Shown here: positions 58,870 through 64,000 of the stretch, piece by piece
Numbering within the stretch: position 1 is the stretch's first letter
Layout of the letters: the number at the start of each line of letters is the position of its first letter
Origin: an uncultured Nitrososphaerales archaeon
Lineage (GTDB): Archaea; Thermoproteota; Nitrososphaeria; Nitrososphaerales; Nitrososphaeraceae
DNA length: 64,000 nt
Assembly: GCA_963709405.1 (NCBI GenBank)
Contig: CAVPXM010000055.1
Location: 288,001 to 352,000 of the forward strand
Direction of reading: 5' to 3'
Translations under genes and position numbers: made by a program
The notes under the pieces: generated by a model
Databases searched by the model: none
The model's input: only the letters and a program-made list of their open reading frames with translations
What the model was told of the DNA's origin: nothing

Positions 58870-59268
58870 TACGTTAGAGTAGTGTAAGTTTCGACACTAG
58901 TCCATCATCGTTTTGTGTTGTAGCCATAATTATTAGCCTAAATTTAGTATTTAGAGTCTAGTCATTTAGGAAAGTCGGGGCAACAATCTTCAAATGCATA
59001 GACAAAAAGAATATTGTAGATATAGGCCAACACTGATTCATTCTGGAGGATCCGTGCATGATTATATTCACATTAGAATTGTTCTTATCGAATTACTTCT
59101 GCACAAGGGACACCTAGAACACATTTTATTATTAATCAGATGTAGACCTGGAGCAAGATAACGAGAAAGCACACCCGAAGTACGCTCACATATTTAAAAA
59201 TGCTTTTGTTTGTTATGGATATTTTCGTAGCTATAGATATTAAAACAAATAAAAAAATCATGTAGCGG

Positions 59269-59291
59269 GGATAATTTTCGCAAAATTATCC
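59269..59291. promoter_or_regulatory. Perfect 10-bp inverted repeat upstream of a BRE/TATA-like box
   Basis: GGATAATTTT-CGC-AAAATTATCC followed by GAAAAGTATAT, about 40 bp before the 59330 gene. Confidence 0.6.
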
Positions 59292-59329
59292 GAAAAGTAT
59301 ATGACGACCGCAAATATTACTAATATTTA

Positions 59330-60302
59330 TTGCAACAAGCGATAGTAGATGATATTGATTTACAAATTATAAGGTTACTTGTTAGTGACTGTAGAACAGG
59401 TTACACTGATATTGCTTCTGCAGTTGGAATATCTACAAATGCTGCAAAAGTAAGGACTAACAAAATGATTTCAAATGGCGTGATACAAGGTTTTAGAGTA
59501 CTTGTAAATCCAGCAACATTTGGATATGAGAAATTATTATTTTTAATAGCTAATAATATTGATAAAACAATTAAAGAACAAGACCTATTCAAAAAGATAC
59601 GTCTTTTAGGGGAGGTTTTTGCATATGCCAGGCACTTTGAAAGCGCTAGTATTTTTGTACTATTTGCTAAGGATATATCGCAGGACAAAATAGATATATT
59701 GGGTGATTTACTAAAGCCAGCAACAGTAGAGTCTATCTTTGGCAACTATAGACCACCAACCATGACTGTTAATGATTCTGATTTGGAGATTATGAAATGT
59801 TTATTGTCAGATCCTAGAATGTCGGGTAAAGATCTAGCCCAGCAAACTTCACTTTCACATAAGACGGTAGCAAGAAGATTAGAAAAGATGAGAGAAAACA
59901 ATGTTTTACAATTCTTTACAATTAAAGCAAACCTGGCTTCTCTTAGATTAGTAGGTTACATTGAATTTCCAGCATTAATTTATGTCAGGGAGCCAAGTTA
60001 CCAAAGCATAGTTGAAAGAATATACCAGGAATTACAAGAATATTTATTCTTGCTATCTAGTACCTCGATATTGGGATCAAAAGAGATTCATTTTTGCAGT
60101 ATTCTTTGCTTCGAACATTTCCATCGTCAACTTGGTATTAGGAAGGTTGCGATCCTATGAAGGAATTACCAAAGTTGAATCATTTATAACAACTAATGTG
60201 TCATATCATCTAGACTGGTTAAGGATCGAGATGGACAAAAGGTTAGCAGCTGGTAAGAAGTATTTATTATCATCAACATATGCTGCAGCTAAAGATTCGT
60301 GA
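59330..60302 (+). CDS. Double-wHTH AsnC/Lrp-family regulator (frameshift ~60050-60080)
   Basis: DDIDLQIIRLL..CRT.Y..IA and DLEIMKCLLSDPRM..SHKTVARRLEKM motifs. Confidence 0.8.
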
Positions 60303-61269
60303 TTATTCGTTCCAATTCAATAGCACATCAAGGCCTATGTCATTTATCGTATATCCTTGATTTTGCCCAATTTAAGAAATTAGTCAATTAAATAAAACAA
60401 ATATTTCTTTTAGTAGGTCAGGCGACGATAAAGGCATTACTCGCATTATATCATCAAGTATAGATCTTCTAGTACATAATAACAAAACTATTGCTACTGT
60501 CTTCATTGCTACTTTGTGAACTAGAACAAGCATTGAATAGGATATGACAAACAAAAAAAGTTGGCACAGTATGCGAGAAGACGGATAGAAAACTATGATA
60601 AACTATTAAGAGAAGAAGAAGTTGATTCACAAAATAACTGCCAAAGTGTTTTGAGAATCTACTACTCTCCAATTCTTCTTTCCAACAACCTTATGTATTT
60701 GCTCTGTGCTATAATTACTTTAAACAATACGTCACCTGACTGTTTAATCCATCGATCAGTTTCTATTTGGTTAAGAGCCACATTAACAATGTTTTCGTTA
60801 CTTGATCTTTCCTTTATTTGGCGTGACCAAGCTTCCAACTCTGGAAACTGTGTCATCAAAAATTCTACCTTATGTCTTTTCTTATCTAATTCCTCGTCTG
60901 AACGCAGCCAGCGTGTCGAGGCTAAGATAACGAGAGAATGATCCTACAGCAGTAGTTGCGGTTGAGACATGGAGTCAACTGCACTTTGTTCTATAATAAT
61001 AGAATGATGTGGCACATTAATCTTCACCAATGAAGTAAATAGAGCTACATGGCTGATGGTATTTCGACGGGATTTATTTGAACGAAAGCTGATAGTATAG
61101 ATTTTCCGTAGGAAGAGATCTATGATATACGACTAGAACTATCAAGGCAAAGCATGCAAATTGATAAGTGGACGTTGTAAACCAGGTCGGAACTACCTGA
61201 CCTTCCTGCATATAAGAAGCCATATCTGAAGGTACGTCATTGTGGAGTTTGATGAAATTCCACAGGATC

Positions 61270-62746
61270 TCATTTCTGTTCAGATTCAAAGGTTTGGAGA
61301 CTGCCGCCGGTGGCGGCCAAACGTTTGAAGCCATCAAATGCAGCATATTTGTAGGCCATAGTATAGGTAGGTGTAGCAACTGTCAGGTTGTTAAACACGT
61401 CAATCGCGTCTGAATTGTAAAGCGTGGCCTGTCCAAGGGCGATGAGTTCTGACGCAATGTCGCCGAGGATATGGATTCCGAGTAAGCGGCGGTCTTGACG
61501 GCGGAATACCAGTTTCAGGATGCCATCCGTATCCCCAGAGATGAGTCCGCGGGGGATTTCTCCAAAACTGCAACGCCCGACTTCGTAATCGATCCCTTGC
61601 TCTTTGGCTTTATCTTCAGTTAATCCGACTCCCGCCAATTCCGGAACTGAATAAACTGCTGAGACAGATAATGGGTCTAACTTCACCTTGAATCCAAGGC
61701 CCAAGGCATGACAAGCCGCTACCCGGCCTTGCTCCGTCGAAACTGAGGCTAGCGAAGGACCAATTACATCGCCAGCAGCGTAAATCCCCTCAATACTAGT
61801 TTGAAAATGGTTGTCCACTTCAACCACTCCTCGAGGATTCAATTTTACCCCAGCTGCGTCAAAACATAGGCCTTCAGTGTCAACCAAGCGGCCGGTCGCA
61901 AACAGCGCCATGTCCGGTCCCAGCACTTCGCCGGTTTTCAAAGTGACCTGTAGCTCGCCATTGATCCGGCCGGCGGTGTGCACTCCTGTACCGAGCACAA
62001 TCCTCATCCCCTGTTTCTCAAAGGCCCTACGCAACAAATCCGACAGCTCACTATCCATGGTGCCTAACAGATGTTCTCCAGAGTGGACCACAGTCACGGG
62101 AATCCCATAGGCATTAAAAATTGAAGCAAACTCACATCCTATCGCCCCACCGCCAACGACCAGGGCGCTCTTAGGAACACGCTTAATCTTTGGCAGCTCT
62201 TCTGAATCGAAAATGTCGGGATCATCAAACGGGATGTTTGCTGGATGAAATGGGCGCGACCCTGTCGCAATCAGAATTTTTTCTGCCGTAAAGACGCGTT
62301 CCGTTTCTGAAACCTCGCGGGGGGTGACTATAACGGTGCGATTTGGGCCCAAACGCGCTGACCCATAGACGACATCTACTCCTAACTTGTCTACAAAAAA
62401 AGAGTGAGTAAAGTTCTGCATCGCAGAAGAAACTTCTTCTGTTCTTGCGCGCGAGCGCTTTACTGCCATAACTATATCAGGTTGCTCAGTAATTCCATAA
62501 AGGGCCCGATAACGAAAACCAGTAAGATGTAAGGTCTGCCTCACGGAGCGTCTTGGTTGGCCCTCCGCCCGTTGTGACCACAAGGCCGCCAAGGACTTCG
62601 CGCTCGATAACCAATGTGCGTCGCCCGGCGAATGCGGCAAACTCAGCCGCACCTTGTCCCGCTGGGCCACCACCAATGATAATTAGGTCGTAGTGCTGGA
62701 TGCCTGTCATGGTTTCGTCTCTGTCACCAACTGCTTCTTGCACCAT
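61270..62746 (-). CDS. sthA: Soluble pyridine nucleotide transhydrogenase-like flavoprotein, bacterial origin (frameshift ~62540)
   Basis: YDLIIIGGGPAG, PTKTLREA, IATGSRP, GGGAIGCE, IYAAGDVIG..LASVS.EQGR and PT...AYK.AA.DG motifs. Confidence 0.8.
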
Positions 62747-63157
62747 TTAGCATAAGGAATAGTCGCGAGATTAGTTATAATAAGATAAATCACAATCACA
62801 TCCGACACCACCTTGTACAGGTACTTTGATAGCCGCTCTAAGGATATGGTTCAGTCAGAGCCTCACTCTTGATTGAGTATGTTCACTTTGAACCTAGCCA
62901 ACATGCAGAATATGCTAGTGCTAGAAGATTTTCATATCGTCAGGGCCATAGAATGTATCGGATTATTTTATAGTTGTGATATTAGCTTGACCTTGACCTG
63001 TACTACTTTTTATTATATACTTCTTTGATGATGTAGACTACCACGTATAGAACTACAGTCTTTGGGGGAATAGTCATTAACCTGTATGACATAAGCGATC
63101 AAGTTAGGGAATATGGACTAGAGGCTATAGAAGGTATCAAGCGACAAAGTTAGCCTA

Positions 63158-63334
63158 GTTATTCTCTCTGCAGCGATAGAACAAATCAACAAAATTACAA
63201 TGTAATGAATTGTACCCTTTGTAAATAAATAGCAGAGTTGACGTGTGTTTAAAAATGAATCAAATTAATTCTAAAGAAAGAGTGAGAGGGAAATGACGAG
63301 TACCAGCAAGAAACAGAATGGGACAATTACAGGA
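63158..63334 (+). repeat. Dispersed promoter/leader repeat, copy 3
   Basis: Aligns with 48759-48935, including ATGACGAGTACCAGCAAGAAACAGAATGGGACAATTACAGGA. Confidence 0.95.
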
Positions 63335-63342
63335 CAGAAACT

Positions 63343-64000
63343 ATGAGAAACTATTACTGTGTCAACACCCTGCCGCCTGCGGGTATCGACAAGAAGAACG
63401 CCCACATCGTGGGTGGCGGGATCGCCGGCCTGGCCGTGGCGGTCTTCCTGGTCGACGATGCACACATGCCCGGGGACAGGATCACCGTCTACGAGCAGCT
63501 CCCCGTCACCGGTGGAGCGTTAGACGGCGCCGGTGACCATCAAACCGGCTACACCGCCCGGGGAGATCGTGAGCAACATGAATCGATGGACTGCCTGTGG
63601 TATTTGTGCGCCAAGATTCCCTCGGTAGCGAGCCCCGGCATGACGATCCTCGACGAGACCTACGAGTCGAACGTGCAAGAGCCCATCAACGCCAAGTTCA
63701 GATTGATGGCAAACCGGGGTCAGCAGTATTCCGCGGGCGAAGAGCTTATGTCGGATGAGGACCGACGCAGGATGATCAAGTTGTGGCTCACGCCAGAGGA
63801 GAAGCTGGAGAACCAAACCCTGGCCGACTGGTTTACCCCTGAGTTCTTCAGCAAATCTGCATTTTGGCACTACTGGTCTAGCATGTACGCGTTTTGGCCG
63901 GATCACGCGCTGATCGAGGGCCGGCGCTACCTGCTGCGCTACTCCGAGATCAACCCTGCGAACCTACACGGGATCCTGCACTACAAATACAATCAGTACG
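63343..64000 (+). CDS. Second, divergent oleate hydratase-family protein (runs off the window; absent from the ORF track)
   Basis: Hand translation: MRNYYCVNTLPPAGIDKKNAHIVGGGIAGLA..RGDREQHESMDCLWYL.AKIPS..FWHYWSSMYAF..EGRRYLLRY..YKYNQY. Confidence 0.88.
   Translation, partial: MRNYYCVNTLPPAGIDKKNAHIVGGGIAGLAVAVFLVDDAHMPGDRITVYEQLPVTGGALDGAGDHQTGYTARGDREQHESMDCLWYLCAKIPSVASPGMTILDETYESNVQEPINAKFRLMANRGQQYSAGEELMSDEDRRRMIKLWLTPEEKLENQTLADWFTPEFFSKSAFWHYWSSMYAFWPDHALIEGRRYLLRYSEINPANLHGILHYKYNQY

Larger units (their letters stand above)
45061..64000. mobile_element. Accessory region / decayed genomic island with interleaved bacterial GC-rich blocks
   Basis: Core-gene synteny ends; gene fragments, pseudogenes and abrupt GC shifts; no integrase or transposase recognised. 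Confidence 0.6.

Noticed and set aside
61270-62676. N-terminus of the 468-aa track ORF (MVVAQRDK...) as real protein
   Set aside because: It is an out-of-frame read; the true FAD-binding N-terminus is in ORF 62486-62746
2562-62746. Frameshifts in many genes (petB, phaC, purP, queC, pckA, ilvE, HD hydrolase, surface proteins, ohyA, DUF4331, DyP, sthA) as programmed frameshifting or mass pseudogenisation
   Set aside because: They hit essential core genes and foreign genes alike as isolated single-base indels with no shared slippery motif; most simply long-read consensus errors. Read polishing would settle it.
48759-63334. The three repeats as a CRISPR array, IS/MITE or integron attC sites
   Set aside because: Copies are over 100 bp and kilobases apart; no terminal inverted repeats, target duplications, attC-like R/L boxes, cas genes, transposase or integrase seen; no matching motif at the 3' ends of the cargo

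Overview
Chromosomal window of an AT-rich ammonia-oxidising archaeon, most likely soil Nitrososphaeraceae (Thaumarchaeota). The assignment rests on the Rieske/cytochrome b/cupredoxin complex III, archaeal rpl1-rpl10, purP, top6AB, class III phaC with haloarchaeal-type phaR, and BHB-intron tRNAs. Bases 1-45,060 are mostly core genes. Many carry single-base frameshifts, which look like long-read consensus errors. From about 45,060 to the end is an accessory region where archaeal AT-rich DNA alternates with GC-rich blocks of bacterial origin: two divergent oleate hydratases, a hypothetical-DUF4331-DyP peroxidase operon, and an sthA-like flavoprotein. The main observation is that three of these foreign blocks each begin with a near-identical 105-175 bp AT-rich element. 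The element contains a palindrome, a TATA-like box, a 13-codon mini-ORF with an internal SD motif, and an ATGA stop/start overlap. It looks like a reusable archaeal promoter and translational-coupling adaptor for captured bacterial genes. A second strong observation is a tRNA-Gln(CTG) gene with three introns (10/11, 21/22, 37/38), each in a bulge-helix-bulge. All family assignments come from motif recognition by eye; no database searches were run.
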